A stretch of DNA of 62,417 nt, filler included, from Nemertoderma westbladi (Eukaryota > Animalia > Xenacoelomorpha), in the NCBI GenBank assembly GCA_032718475.1. It is 4 parts of 4 records of this genome, joined end to end, with 100 filler letters (N's around TTAATTAATTAA, not from the genome) between each part and the next. Parts side by side here need not be neighbours in the genome. Positions count along the whole stretch, not along the records: positions 1 to 17,932 come from JAUCBJ010004348.1; positions 18,033 to 32,655 come from JAUCBJ010004462.1; 2 more parts are not named here. One strand, 5' to 3'. The notes beneath the pieces were generated by a model that worked only from the letters and a program-made list of their open reading frames with translations, searched no databases and was not told the origin of the DNA. Made by a program: the position numbers and the translations under genes. Of the stretch, positions 10,164 through 22,534 are shown in pieces; position 1 is the first letter of the stretch, and each line of letters starts with the position of its first letter.

Positions 10164-12116
10164 ATGGCTCCTGTCGGGACTGAGGAAATGAGCGGAAAAA
10201 TCCATTGGGCCGACGGTTTGGTTATCGCAGGGTATTTCGCGGTCATCCTGGTCACGTCGCTGTGGTCCACGTGTCGCAAAAAACCGACCAACGCGGAGTC
10301 CTACTTCCTAGCCAGTCGTGGGATGACATGGCCGTTCGTGGGAGCCGCGCTGTTCGCCAGTAACATCGGCAGCGAACACTTCGTGGGCCTCGCCGGCAGC
10401 GGCGCGGCCAGCGGAGTAGCGATCGCAGCGTTCGAGCTAAACGCCATATTTATCCTGCTAGTCCTGGGTTTCTTATACCTCCCGGTTTACATCGCGTCTG
10501 GCGTGTCAACAATGCCTGAATACATACAGCAACGGTACGGCGGTCAACGTATTTCTATCTACTTAACGCTGCTAAGCATCTTACTATATATTCTCACGAA
10601 GATATCGGTGGATCTTTACGCGGGGGCGACTTTCATACAACAAGCGTTCGGGGTTGATATCCTCCCATCGGTACTAGTTCTCCTCGCAGTCACCGGGTTG
10701 TACACGCTATTCGGCGGTCTCACCGCGGTTATGTACACCGAGGCCATCCAAGCCCTGTTGATGGTGGTCGGTGGTGCGATACTAATGATCGCGAGTTTCG
10801 TTGAAGTCGGAGGCTACGGTGGACTACTAGAGAAATACCCTGAAGCGATCCCCGCCGTCCTCGGCAACGGGAGCTGCGGGCTCCCCAGACAGGACGCCTT
10901 CCACATCTACCGCAGCACCTCGACAGGGGACTACCCGTGGCCCGGGACCCTAGTGGGTCTACCCATCATGGGTCTGTGGTACTGGTGCAGCGATCAGGTC
11001 ATCGTGCAACGTGCGCTCTCCGCAAGGAATATAAGCCACGGTAAAGGCGGTACTATAATGGCCGGATGGATTAAAACCCTCCCTTTATTCATGATCGTAT
11101 TCCCCGGTATGATCTCCCGGGTTCTCTACACCGACGACGTCGCGTGCGCCACTCCGGAGACCTGTGAACGCTTCTGCGGGAACCCCGTATCCTGTAGCAA
11201 CACGGCTTACGCCCGACTCGTTATAGGCGTTCTCCCCGACGGACTGCGAGGCGCGGTACTGGCGGTGATGGTCGCCGCTTTAATGAGCTCCCTCGCGAGT
11301 ATATTCAACTCGGTGAGCACGCTCGTCACCCTGGATATATGGCGACGCTTCCGACCCAAGGCCAGCGAGCGCCAACTACTCGTTGTGGGTCGATTGGTGG
11401 TGCTGGCGGTGGCCACGCTATCCGTTCTCTGGGTCCCTTTCGTTTACACCTCCGATCAGGGCCACCTGTTCGCCTACATACAGAACATGCAGAGCAACTT
11501 GGTGCCGCCTATCGCCGCGGTGTTCTTCCTGGGAATATTCTGGGGGCGAGCCACCGAGAAGGGCGCCCTCGCGGGGTTGTTAGTGGGTTTAGTGGTGGGA
11601 GTGATTCGCATGGTTATGGAACTGGCCTACGGTAATCCAACCTGCGGCCAACTGGATACGAGACCAGCGATACTAAAAGACGTCCACTTCACATACTTCG
11701 CGATTATATTATTCGCGATATCGATACTGAGCGTTGTTGTAGTTTCCTTGGTTACCGAGCCAATACAAGATAGATTCCTATGGCGATTGACTTGGTGGAC
11801 TCGGCATTCTACGAACCTTCGAGACCCGATCGATTCCGATACTGAGCCCTTAGTGAACGCGGCCACTCCGCAGAAAGGCGGCGGTATGGAGGTGGACGAG
11901 CCGGTCGCTACGGACACCGGTTGGTACTCGACGTGGGTGACATACTGGTGCGGCGCGCCGAGCCGCGCCGAGGACGCGCGGGGCGTGGCGTCGCGTAAGA
12001 AGCGGCTCCGTGAGGGGGTCAGCGTAGCGGAAGATCGCAAGTGGAAGATCGCGGCTCTCATTAATGCCGGTGTTTTATTCACCGCTGTTATCTCGCTACT
12101 CATTTACTTCGGTTGA
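10164..12116 (+). CDS. SLC5 family sodium/glucose(inositol) cotransporter, single-exon CDS
   Basis: SSF motifs YFLASRGMTW, ALFASNIGSEHFVGLAGSGAASG, TMPEYIQQRYGGQRI, WYWCSDQVIVQRALSA, MVAALMSSLASIFNS, with many hydrophobic helices. First ATG at 10164. A pyrimidine-tract AG at ~10080-10094 suggests a 5' UTR intron. Confidence 0.95.
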   Translation: MAPVGTEEMSGKIHWADGLVIAGYFAVILVTSLWSTCRKKPTNAESYFLASRGMTWPFVGAALFASNIGSEHFVGLAGSGAASGVAIAAFELNAIFILLVLGFLYLPVYIASGVSTMPEYIQQRYGGQRISIYLTLLSILLYILTKISVDLYAGATFIQQAFGVDILPSVLVLLAVTGLYTLFGGLTAVMYTEAIQALLMVVGGAILMIASFVEVGGYGGLLEKYPEAIPAVLGNGSCGLPRQDAFHIYRSTSTGDYPWPGTLVGLPIMGLWYWCSDQVIVQRALSARNISHGKGGTIMAGWIKTLPLFMIVFPGMISRVLYTDDVACATPETCERFCGNPVSCSNTAYARLVIGVLPDGLRGAVLAVMVAALMSSLASIFNSVSTLVTLDIWRRFRPKASERQLLVVGRLVVLAVATLSVLWVPFVYTSDQGHLFAYIQNMQSNLVPPIAAVFFLGIFWGRATEKGALAGLLVGLVVGVIRMVMELAYGNPTCGQLDTRPAILKDVHFTYFAIILFAISILSVVVVSLVTEPIQDRFLWRLTWWTRHSTNLRDPIDSDTEPLVNAATPQKGGGMEVDEPVATDTGWYSTWVTYWCGAPSRAEDARGVASRKKRLREGVSVAEDRKWKIAALINAGVLFTAVISLLIYFG

Positions 12117-14077
12117 GGTCAACTTATTCACATTTTTTGTGCCGCTTGTGCCATTTTGTTGAGATACACTAAGTATTTATTGCCGTTATTACCGGTACGT
12201 AAATGTCCCGTAGTGCCTTCGCACTTACTGATCGGCCTTCGGGTATTGTGTATATTGTATAATAGTAAACTGAAAGTTTTAGGTTTCGTTCGGGTTTTGA
12301 TTCACGGTTCATCCTGGAATGTCCCACCGTCCCACTCTCTTGTGCGAATACGGTGCGAGGCACGTAGTGGGAGATACTTTGGAGTGTCGTTGTGTTTTGC
12401 GTATAATAATAATATTCTTAAATTCTTTACATTAATTTAGGTTTCTATGTATTAGACTAGCTATGTAGCCACCGACCTGAACAACAGTGCGCACACAATT
12501 CTTCCAGGATATGTGCAATTAATTGTATTTTTTTTTATTTTTTTGTCACTTATTTTTATTCCTAGGGACTCTCATTCTTTATAGCTCCGCGATATATTCG
12601 ATATTGGTTGTCGGTCGCCTTACCATTAATTAATTTGTTAAATTATAAATATTAATTAATTATTCACCCATATTATTATTATAATGTATATATCGTATTT
12701 ATAGCCGAAGTATTGATATTGTTGGTCGATTAGATGCGTTCCGCATCGATTAGATTGTTCCGGCATCATATCAATTGTGTGTAATTAATACCCCCCCCCC
12801 CCCCCCCCCCCGTTACGTCATACTGGAATGGCCCCATATTTAATAAAATGTGATTAATGTACACCATGTCTATTATTTGCGCTACTCCAAGTGAATTTGT
12901 TGGCTTTATACACCTAACCATAATACAAGTCATGTTATAAGACTATAAATTTCACATATTATTAAATTAATCATAATTATTTAATTATTATATAATAAAG
13001 GAAGGGTATTTAATTAATGTTCTATATTTTGATCAGCGGGCCGAGTATCATAAATACCTCCTGGGTTAGGTGAGCGGGTAAAACCCTGAACAACTACAGT
13101 AAAGCCAAACAAGCAACGACAGATAAACACGAGAAAGGAGTTAGTTGGGAGTCCCGGGATGTGGGTATTTATTTGGATTACAAGTTGGTGGGTACAGTAC
13201 AGAGTAGTTATGATCAAAATACTGTAAGTTCATAATGGCTAAGTGAGTAATTCGAGTGTTTAGTAATCATATTTCAATATACTATAGAACTTTGTATCGG
13301 CGTACTTAAGTTATGGAAAAGTGAATTTCTGGCAGTAAATGCTTGAAAAGAGTTTGTGATTACTAATTCTAAATTGTGTTATTATTTGGGCGTTTTAACC
13401 AATGGCATATCGTCCAAATAGTCTCCAAAGGGTTCTTAGTTTGTTTTTGTGATTGATGATTTTTCACAATTAAAAATTGTGTGCGAATGGGTGATAATTT
13501 TTGGAGTTTGGATGGTAATAATAATTGGTAAGATTGAGTAGATGGGATGTGTTTTGTGATGATATTTTGGAAAAAAAAAATAGGTAATTATAATTATATA
13601 AGAGCCTAACAAACCAGTTAAACATGATTACAAAATGAGGTATGTACCAGTTGAGTTTCGGTAATTTAAACCACTTACCTAATATGATGAAGCATAAACA
13701 GGTTTATAAAGGTGGTATGTACCAGTTGAGTTTCGGTAAAGCGGCCTTCCTCTTCGATAAAGTGAGCCAATCGAGCTACGAGCGCTTGTTTCAATCGCTT
13801 CGCTCGTTTGAGATCTTGTGACATGAACAGCAGGGCGTGGAACAGTAAGAAATACTACAAAGTATGAAATAAAGGGAGTGGAACAGTAAGAAATACTACA
13901 AAGTATGAAATAAAGTTGATATCAGAACAGATTCAGACAGGACCATATTCTATCTAGACAACTAGAAAATGCACAAATTATTATAGTTGGTCTGAGAGTG
14001 AAAAATACACTGTAACCTGCTCCTTTCCCTCCATTCTTAACTTTACACTACTAGTACACTAATCAGAAACACAATGA

Positions 14078-14831
14078 TCAACTAATTTGGCTGATAGACA
14101 ATCGTCTCTCTTTGAATTTAAAAAAAAACTGAACCAACTATTTCTCAAATGTATGATAAAATCCTCAGGATACACCTAGATTAATAATAAACCACCAAAA
14201 CATCAAACTAACAAACTGCACAAAATTTTTAGGAATCTATGTAGATAACAAGTTAACATGGAAATCACACATCAAACACATACTCTCTAAAATATCGAAG
14301 TCTTCAGGTATATTTTATAAACTACGACACATATTTCCACAACATATCCTTAGGCAACTATATTTCACGCTAATACATCCCTACCTTAACTACGGCATTA
14401 TACTATGGGGTAGTGCGCATTCTACCGCACTAAATCCCCTAATAACTAAAATAAATAAAATAGTTAGATGTATTACTTTTAGTCACTATAGATCTTCAGC
14501 TCTCCCTATCTACAAATCACTATCAATACTCCATTTAGATTCACTATATAAGTTCCACGTAGCTAACTTCATGTACAATATAAATAACAACTTAATACAA
14601 AACGATACACTGCAAAATTTATCTAGGAAATCCTCCAGCATACATAGATACAGTACACGCTCAGCGGCTCGTGGAGACTTTTACATTGATACAGTAAGAC
14701 TAGACTCCTCACAACGATCCTTGAGTTTTCAAGGTCCTATGGTTTGGAATGAACTACCCCTGGAAATTCGAAAATGCAAAACAAAAGGTTTATTTACAAA
14801 AAAACTAAAACAACATCTCTTAGCTCTATAA
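14078..14831 (+). mobile_element. CR1/L2-group LINE 3' fragment (RT thumb and C-terminus)
   Basis: Translates as WLIDNRLSLNLKK...KFLGIYVDNKLTWKSHI...LYFTLIHPYLNYGIILWG...RYSTRS...FQGPMVWNELP. Confidence 0.88.
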
Positions 14832-15959
14832 TAAATTCACCAAAATACTAATAATTAAAAAATCTACTGGTGCCCAGCAGCGTATTGTACTGTGGCAGAC
14901 TGGAATGGAACTGTTAACGAACTAAAAATATTACTTCACAATTAATTTAAATCGAATCATGAGTACTTCCATGACCTACTATAACACGACCCGGAATGCT
15001 GCTGCAGGCGTAAAAATTTAGTGGGGTAACTTTCAACTTTAATAACTTTTTCCCACTTTATCTGCTGGTCACAAAAATTTCACTAATTCTAGACTAGAGA
15101 CGGCGTCAAGACGCCGTTAAGCAAGTCGGAAGTCATCAATCAAATATAAATTCCCTCAACAATGTTTACCTATGGTCAGAATGGAAGGGCTATTTACCTA
15201 TGGTCAGAGAGAGATCCCACTCTGTAATTTGGCAATTGCTCAAATTCATTCAGTTGAATGGCACAGTAAGAGTGAACTAAACTAAATTCCCTCAACAATG
15301 TTTGGCTATGGTCTGAAAGAACTAACAGTCATTCAGCTTGCACAATGTCAATCACCTACAGTATAAAACATTTAGAATGCCACAGTGTGTATCCTGATAC
15401 AGATAATAAGCAGTGATATATATATTTCAAACTATAATGTTAGTGTTAGCCTTACACAGTATCAGTATGAGGCTGAGTAAACATTCCACCTTATAAGCAT
15501 ACTGCCTCCACAGAATTAATGTTGGCCGAAAGATTTAAAAATAAAAACAATTATTATTATAAATACAGTGCAATCCAATAGTACCCAACACACTGTGTAA
15601 CTAACAGTCAATCAGCTTACACGTCAATTAACATAGAAGAGAGAGTAACCTTGTAGATCGCCATAGAAAGCATTGGGAAGAGTTATTCAGCTGAGGCTGT
15701 AATAGCCGGCTAACCCAGTGAATGATTATAAAGTTGGCACTGTATGTACTTCCTTGTTAGGTGGCTCCCTATAGAATAACAAACCAACCAGTTGATGTTT
15801 GTTTGCACAGAGTGGTTGGTAGGGCCTAAACAAACAGTATGGGTGTACTGAGTACAATAATCTTGGCAACCTCATCGATTTATACTAAGCCTTGTGTAGA
15901 ATTGCATTACATAAGCCATTTTCCATCAGAACACCAGCTGTCATGGGTGTTATTTTACC

Positions 15960-16200
15960 ATTGCGCCTATGGCGTTTTTTTCGTTTATCTCTATTTTTCG
16001 AGCCCAGAGGCTATGGACGGAGTAGCCTGATCATGCCAGGGACCTTAGAATCGCGGTATCTAGATGCTGTGAAAATTTCATCAAAATCGTTAGAGTAGTT
16101 TTGGCTGTAGATCAGCCAGCCAGTCAGTCAGCCAGCCAGTCAGTCAGCCAGCCAGTCAGTCAACAATTCTTACAGTAATCAAGTCTAACGACTTGCTAAT
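15960..16200 (+). mobile_element. Helentron/DINE-1-like non-autonomous element, 3' part
   Basis: aaatttcatcaaaatcg motif, (cagc/cagt)n microsatellite at ~16111-16162, terminal hairpin caagtc-taac-gacttg at 16180-16195. Confidence 0.5.
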
Positions 16201-17240
16201 TAGTAAATTTTCTACCTTTTGAGGAAATTTTTTTTGCTGCCAATTACCATAGCAACCAGTAATGTAATTTCAATATATACATTTATTTTGCATTTTACAA
16301 CTGAACACTTATATCGATTAAGTCAAAACTTGAATCAGGTATAGTATGGTTAGTTGCCTATATTCTGTGTAGGTTTTAACATCACCTAGTTACCATAGCT
16401 ACCAGCAGCGACGATTTAAAATATACACTTTTCACCTATATTTCAGATAAAAAGTTAGAATTTTTCTTTTTAGGAAATTCAATAATGCTGATCAAGATAA
16501 TAATATCTCTTCATTTCTTGCGCGCCGCCGGGTGGGGGGGGGGGGGGTATATTTTGTACTTAAGGTTGCCATAGCAACTGGTATTCAACTTTAAATATGT
16601 ATTTATTGGAATATTCTTATTGGTACTGACATACCTTCATGAAAAATTATTGGTTTGTATAATTGTAACAAATTTATAAAATTATTTTACTACCTGGTTA
16701 CCGTAGTAACCATCAAAACCATGCTTTATAATAATTTTCAACAATTTCTATAATTTATTATTCCTCAGCACTTTTAGTCACTACTACTGGTATCAACGAA
16801 ATATTATTAATGAAACTTTACCTTTTAATTTTACTTCTAGAAGAACGATTGCTTGTCTCTCCGTACGTTGAGCTGACATTTACCAAGGATTTCATCGTTC
16901 TCTATATTGTTTCGTTGATAATCGTTCTTGCTTCATCGAAGTTTTCCTTGTTGTAAAGGAACTTAGTCAATCTCGGAAAATCGGAAAATCTATTACAAAA
17001 TCAATCCATAGATAAAATTTGTTAAGTCTAGCCTGAAATGTATACAATCTACTGAGGTGAAAAGTGCTTTATCGGCATAGTCGTCCGTTGTTAGAGGTTC
17101 CAAAATAATATTATTCTCATCTGCAAATTTATAAACTATTATTTTTTGAAATGACTTGACAAGGCTATGCTTAGATCGATTGGGAATTCTTGCATTTTTC
17201 CTTATTTAAACGATTACTACAACTTTAGGTAGAAGACATT

Positions 17241-17845
17241 TTGTTCGCGCTTTTGAAGACCTTTAGCAGTTTAACCTGCCAAAATTTATATGTCTTTTAG
17301 TTAATTAAAACACCTTTAGCATACGACGATATTTTATGCTAATACACAAAACATTAGCCGAAGTCAGCCCATGCGCGATCATTCACCCGATGGATCTACA
17401 CCCGGGAGGCTGAATTCGGATGCTTAAATTTTATTATTGCAGTGTAAGGTTGCAATGTAAACTTACTGTATTATTCGATAGATCGTTAATAATTAATCTC
17501 TGACAGATATTATTGGCTTTCGGGAAATATTAACAGTTCCTTTAGGACGTGGCGCTCTATCTATTTAAACAGAACTAGGACTTATACTAAACGCAACGAT
17601 ACTGCTTATGATTAAAGTATAAAGCGTATTCTTTAGGAAATACTTTGTTACCAATCACAATCATGCACACTATTCTGCCGACCGTCAGTATATTTGATCA
17701 CACATAAAGAGAGCAGTAATTGACTCATGTAGTGTCTGCTAAATAACATTAGATTCAATACACACCACATTAATATAAATCGCAATTGTTATGTATAGCC
17801 GGTCTCTCTAACCTGTAGTGTATCAAGAAAATTGGGAAATTTGGG
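17241..17845 (+). repeat. Dispersed repeat; diverged inverted copy at ~39858-40440
   Basis: For example, cgggaaatattaacagttcctttaggacgtggcgctcta (17521) is the reverse complement of ~40153-40191; the match is collinear over ~600 bp. Confidence 0.85.
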
Positions 17846-17932
17846 TGATTTATCCGTATTATCCAAAGAGCAATATTTCCATCAACAAATAGGTACAATT
17901 AATAACTGACGGTAAATAACAGTACAAACAAT

Positions 17933-18032
17933 NNNNNNNNNNNNNNNNNNNNNNNNNNNNNNNNNNNNNNNNNNNNTTAATTAATTAANNNNNNNNNNNN
18001 NNNNNNNNNNNNNNNNNNNNNNNNNNNNNNNN
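17933..18032. other. Assembly gap with artificial six-frame-stop spacer
   Basis: 100-nt N run with central TTAATTAATTAA, same layout at three sites. Confidence 0.97.
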
Positions 18033-19943
18033 TATTTTTTTTTACATATGATATTGTTAACCACATCGTTTATTAAAAGACCGTCTCTGCAACCTGCTCC
18101 TTTCCCTTAATTTGTAACAACATCGTTTGTTGTGTTGGTTAGTAAAACACGATAGTGGGGGGGGGGGGGGGTTAACAGTATTGGTGGGAGTAACAGGAAT
18201 GGCGGGGGAGTAACAGGAATGGGGTGGGGGGTGAAGGTAACAGACACGGTACCCCGAGTTTTGGGTTCATGTGTGCAGCGTGAGGTCACGCTGTTCACCG
18301 CGGCTACATAGACAGACGGGGTCGCGGTGTCGGCTGAGTAAGTGCGGATATCCCGGTGAGGGGAGTCTGGGCCGAACAGAGGGTGGCGTCTTTCGACATA
18401 TCGATTGTAGACACCGACGCTCCCTTATGTCGGTTGTCTGTTGTCTGTTTTTGTTGGATGACGTTTGGCGGTTAACGGTTTTCTGTTGACGCCTCGCTGT
18501 CGATTCCTCTGTTGTCGGCTATTGGTCTAGCGAATATATCGACATGTGGAAACATCCGCCCTCTCAAGCAATTAGTTAATTAATATTATTATTCAGAATT
18601 AATTAAAAAACACAACCAACGATAAACTGTTCGACCGAGGATATAAATAACCACGTCCTTCTTTTCTTTCAGAGGAATAACTCACGGTTGCTATGATATT
18701 CAGAGAAAACAATTTATTGGCGGGAGATTTGAATAATTACAAAGAGTTTTCCCCACTGCAGCACAGTTATATCTTGTCTTTGCTCAGTTTGCTACATTAC
18801 CGTACTGGTTTATAGTTGGTAGTGGATGTGGACATTTAGGCCTACTGTTCTTCTGTCTTTGTTGGATGTTGATTGATCTATAGGAAAGTTTGTTGGCTCT
18901 TCCTCTCTTCTGTTTGGAGGGTTTCTTTTGTGGAAATTTTCTAAACAAGTAATTTTTACTTCATTTACAATTTAGTAATTTCGGCAGGCCTAGTTGCTTA
19001 CTACTTATGCGGCTTACACTTCTATCGGTAGCCTATCACATTATTTCTTACATTTAGGGTTAGTGGTTTTGGTTAGGGTAATCGGTACACCGCGGTTATC
19101 ATACTGTCATAGGGATATTCGGAGTTGAATAGTAGGCCTAGGTACTTTCCTGTTCCAGTTTGGGGTATCACCTATTCTTACGATTTACCTATACTAATAG
19201 CTGTATCTGTGTACAGGTGTATAGTATCGCTAACTGTCCTAAACTTTCATGTAACCCTACTGCCCTAGCTCTGTAACTGTCCTAACTAACCCTAATTCCT
19301 TCATTCAGTCATAAGCTAAGAAATTCCGCTACGTCTTGGGGGTGTTGTTACGTGACAGTTTTTATTATTGAGATCGCCGACCCTAAAACCTGCCTTTTGA
19401 AACTAAGAGAAATCACTTGAAACCAGTCCGCCCCAAACAATAATTGTGGAATTATTGCATTTGCCGATGCCCATGTCATCATGTTGTTGTGAAGTATAGT
19501 ATGAGTAACGTTTGATCGTAGATTAAATGGCTCTGCTCCCTAACTCCGTAGGTTTGTTGAGAGAACGAGTAAGGTATTAATTGCAGTATAGGCCATAGTA
19601 TCTAGGCCTACCACAAAAATCAAGTGAACGCCGTTTTTTTCGATTATGGACTAATGGACAATCTGATCTTGGACTTGGAGACAATTATTAGTGATTATAT
19701 ATATTTAATTATATTACCGGTGTATATTTATTATTATTTGAAAACTATTTTATAATTTTTATTATTGACTACCGGTATTTATTGATTAGTGATATTTTAC
19801 CGTTTTTGTTTAGTACAATATTGTAGATTTTGTTTACTGATGTACATATTTCTAAATATAGTGCTGTAGTGTTTTGCGCTGTTTAAACACACAAATAGCG
19901 ACATTTGGGTGACATTAATCACGATAATGACGTCATTAATCAG

Positions 19944-19990
19944 CCGTGCTTTTGATGATGATGATGATGATGATGATGTTGTAGTCAGCG
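19944..19990 (+). CDS. FBF1-like gene, putative exon
   Basis: cAG|c cgt gct ttt (gat)n gtt gta gtc agc g|GTGAGT. The phase-1 end fits the next exon. Confidence 0.5.
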
Positions 19991-20824
19991 GTGAGTCATA
20001 TATAAAATATACCGGTAGATACCTGTCGTTTTTTTACTGAAACATTCATGTGAGAATAGTAAATGGTTTGAGTGAGTTTAGTAGGTAATATTGTGATCAA
20101 TAATCCAACTGATATGACCAACTTGTATCAATGAGGATTTCGTGAAATTTGCCATTAAAAAAGTAGTCCTCAGAAACGGTTCACCAGATTGCTTCCCTAC
20201 ATTTTGGGAATAAATTTATTGTTGAAATTGAAAGATGGTACATAATTAACAAATAACATAAAATCACAGGAACACCATCCTTCGGGCGTACCGGAACTAA
20301 TACTTATTGCGTGTATTTGAATGGAAGTTTAATTAAATGCACCCATTGGATTTGAGGAATGGTTTTCAAAATTATATTGAAACCTACAACCAGCAATTTA
20401 AGATTCTAATTTATTCCTAAGTACCGGTGTGTTATTAAATTAATTTTTAGAATTAATTAAATTATTTAATTTTTAAAGTAATTTGTCAAATCTAGTAGCA
20501 TTTGGTTGAAATTTGAAACAAATTAGGGGGCGGGGGGTGGGGGGCTCTGACTTGCAAAAAATGGTTGTTGTATTAAGGGAGATTGTATAATGTAAAATAA
20601 GTGAAAAGGTAGCAAAATCTTGTATAAAAAACGAATAAAATTGATCTAGAACAAAATATATTTGTTCAAGAACATTAATTTAAATTTTATAATTAATAGC
20701 TATCGTGCTCTGGAATATTTTCGATAACATGTCAGTATTTTCAGAGTGTTTAGCAAAAAATTCAAAATATACCCGTTATTACATTCCGGTACTTATCTTC
20801 CTTTGTCATTTACACAATTTGTAG

Positions 20825-20968
20825 AATCTAACAGAAAGTCGAAGTTCGGGGAATTTCACGAAGACGATCCCTTAGCAGGACTTCTCGACGATTCAGATGC
20901 CGATTTGGACTCGCCAAAATATCGGCCGTCCAGGAAGCATGACGCCACTGTGGTAGTACAGAATAAAG
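20825..20968 (+). CDS. FBF1: FBF1-like (Fas-binding factor 1, centriole distal appendage) exon
   Basis: AG/GTAAG boundaries. Encodes the EDDPLAGLLDDSD motif recalled from the FBF1 N-terminus. Phase 1-1. Confidence 0.62.
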
Positions 20969-21630
20969 GTAAGACTCAGTCATGCCTGGAAAAAAATGAA
21001 ACCTCGCTGCCCGCGAAATCTTTAATATCAAACCTTTCTGTGAACATACAATTCGATATTATTTCAATTAAACTAAAGGGATGTGTAAGAATTTATCTTC
21101 CAAAATCAAACCCAACCGTGTCAGCATCGTATTTAACCCAGAAAATTCCCGCTTTTAAGTTAATTTTAAGTTATTCTTTCATGTCCTAATACTAGAAAGG
21201 GGTTGCACACTTTACACCTAACCATTTATTAACATTATCATTTTTTGTTACTGCATGGACTACTTGTGATTTGTGAACAGGTGTTAGCAATAGGTTAGGG
21301 GGCGTTCATAAAGTATTACTCCAAAAAGATACCCTATATTTCAGAAAGTATGTCACGCAAATTTTTCAGTTTTTTGACCGCACCCCTCTGTAACCAAGTG
21401 TCACGCAAGCTCCGTAGTAAAAGTGGTTGGTGGAACTGTACGCCACCTAGCGAGCGAGTATGCCTATGCAATAATATATTTTCCTCTGTGACTTAATATT
21501 TTGGACAGTAAGTGCTTTACTGTTTCTGACCCGGGCAGCATATAATGGTAGTGACAGATAGGAGGCCATGAGAACGTAAATTGCGGACATACAAGGTATC
21601 AGGTAGTATTTCCAGGTCTATCTTTTACAT

Positions 21631-21706
21631 GAGCCTCAATGCGGAATTGTTAGAGAGGCAGACTTCCGACCTGGAGGTCACCAGTTCGATCCCAACTGGA
21701 AAGAGC
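21631..21706 (+). mobile_element. tRNA-derived SINE head or tRNA pseudogene (intronic)
   Basis: A-box-like tgcggaattgttag, anticodon-loop-like gacttccgacc, B-box agttcgatccc. Acceptor stem broken. Confidence 0.55.
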
Positions 21707-21789
21707 AGTGCCAACCGAAATGCTGTTCTTGATGTATTATTATTATTATTCATTTTTAACGTATTACCTTCTTGTTAATAAACTTATAG

Positions 21790-21941
21790 AGGCAGATCGT
21801 CCTGCTGTTGTTCCGACAATAACGAAGACTCAGCCGTCCCCAGTTCGCTCCTCGTTAGCTGGAAGTGAGATACAACCGACCAATACGAAGTCTGCAAAGA
21901 GACCCGAAGTAAACATGGATGACTTCGACTCGCCTTTGGAT
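21790..21941 (+). CDS. FBF1: FBF1-like exon
   Basis: tAG acceptor, EADRPAVVP...EVNMDDFDSPLD, donor GTTGGT. Phase 1-0 fits both neighbours. Confidence 0.55.
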
Positions 21942-21974
21942 GTTGGTTAATTAATATAATATATACGACGTTAC

Positions 21975-22190
21975 AGTCCGACAGTCGGTAGATAGAATCC
22001 GACAATTCGAGGATACTGCCCGATAGTTAGTAGATATTGTCCGATAGTCGGGGGATACTGTCCGACAGTTTATCGATACAGTCCGATAGTCGTTAGATAC
22101 TATCCGACAGTTGGTAGATACAGTCCGACAGTTGGTAGATATCGTCCGACAGTTGGTAGATATACTCCGACAGTCGGTGGATAAGCCGGA
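21975..22190. repeat. Degenerate 21-bp minisatellite (~10 copies)
   Basis: Unit approximately gtccgacagttggtagataca. Confidence 0.85.
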
Positions 22191-22331
22191 CACATTGGTA
22201 TGATAAGTGACACTATACAGACCTCTAGGTACCTACTTTCATCAGCAACCAAAGTAAGGGAATACGATCTTATTTATGCTTACAACATTGTTTTTTTGTG
22301 TCGATGTAACGAATTTCTTTCCATTCTTTAG

Positions 22332-22482
22332 AATATTGACGACGGTATATCAAGCAAAGGCTCCAAACACAGCACCGCGCTAAATCCCAGGCAAACTCTG
22401 GACAATCTGTTGGGCCGCAAGTCACCCGTTCTGCAGCATAATAAAGGGAATAGTAGTCCACGGAACTTAACGTCTCAAAGAG
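22332..22482 (+). CDS. FBF1: FBF1-like exon
   Basis: ttctttAG acceptor, NIDDGISSK...RQTLDNLLGRKSP (compare FBF1 KLDELLGR), g|GTGAGT donor. Confidence 0.62.
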
Positions 22483-22534
22483 GTGAGTTTATATTCCACC
22501 CCACCCCCGCCCTTTAATATGGTTAAGTAAGTAT

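Noticed and set aside
17977-17988. TTAATTAATTAA palindrome (also at 32700 and 53459)
   Set aside because: Artificial scaffolding spacer inside N runs. Adjacency across these gaps is uncertain.
18271-18560. GC-rich block as a coding exon
   Set aside because: No convincing stop-free frame with splice sites; it may be promoter or UTR sequence.
20746-21189. 147-aa single-exon ORF
   Set aside because: Only 20825-20968 is bounded by splice sites; the rest is intronic read-through.
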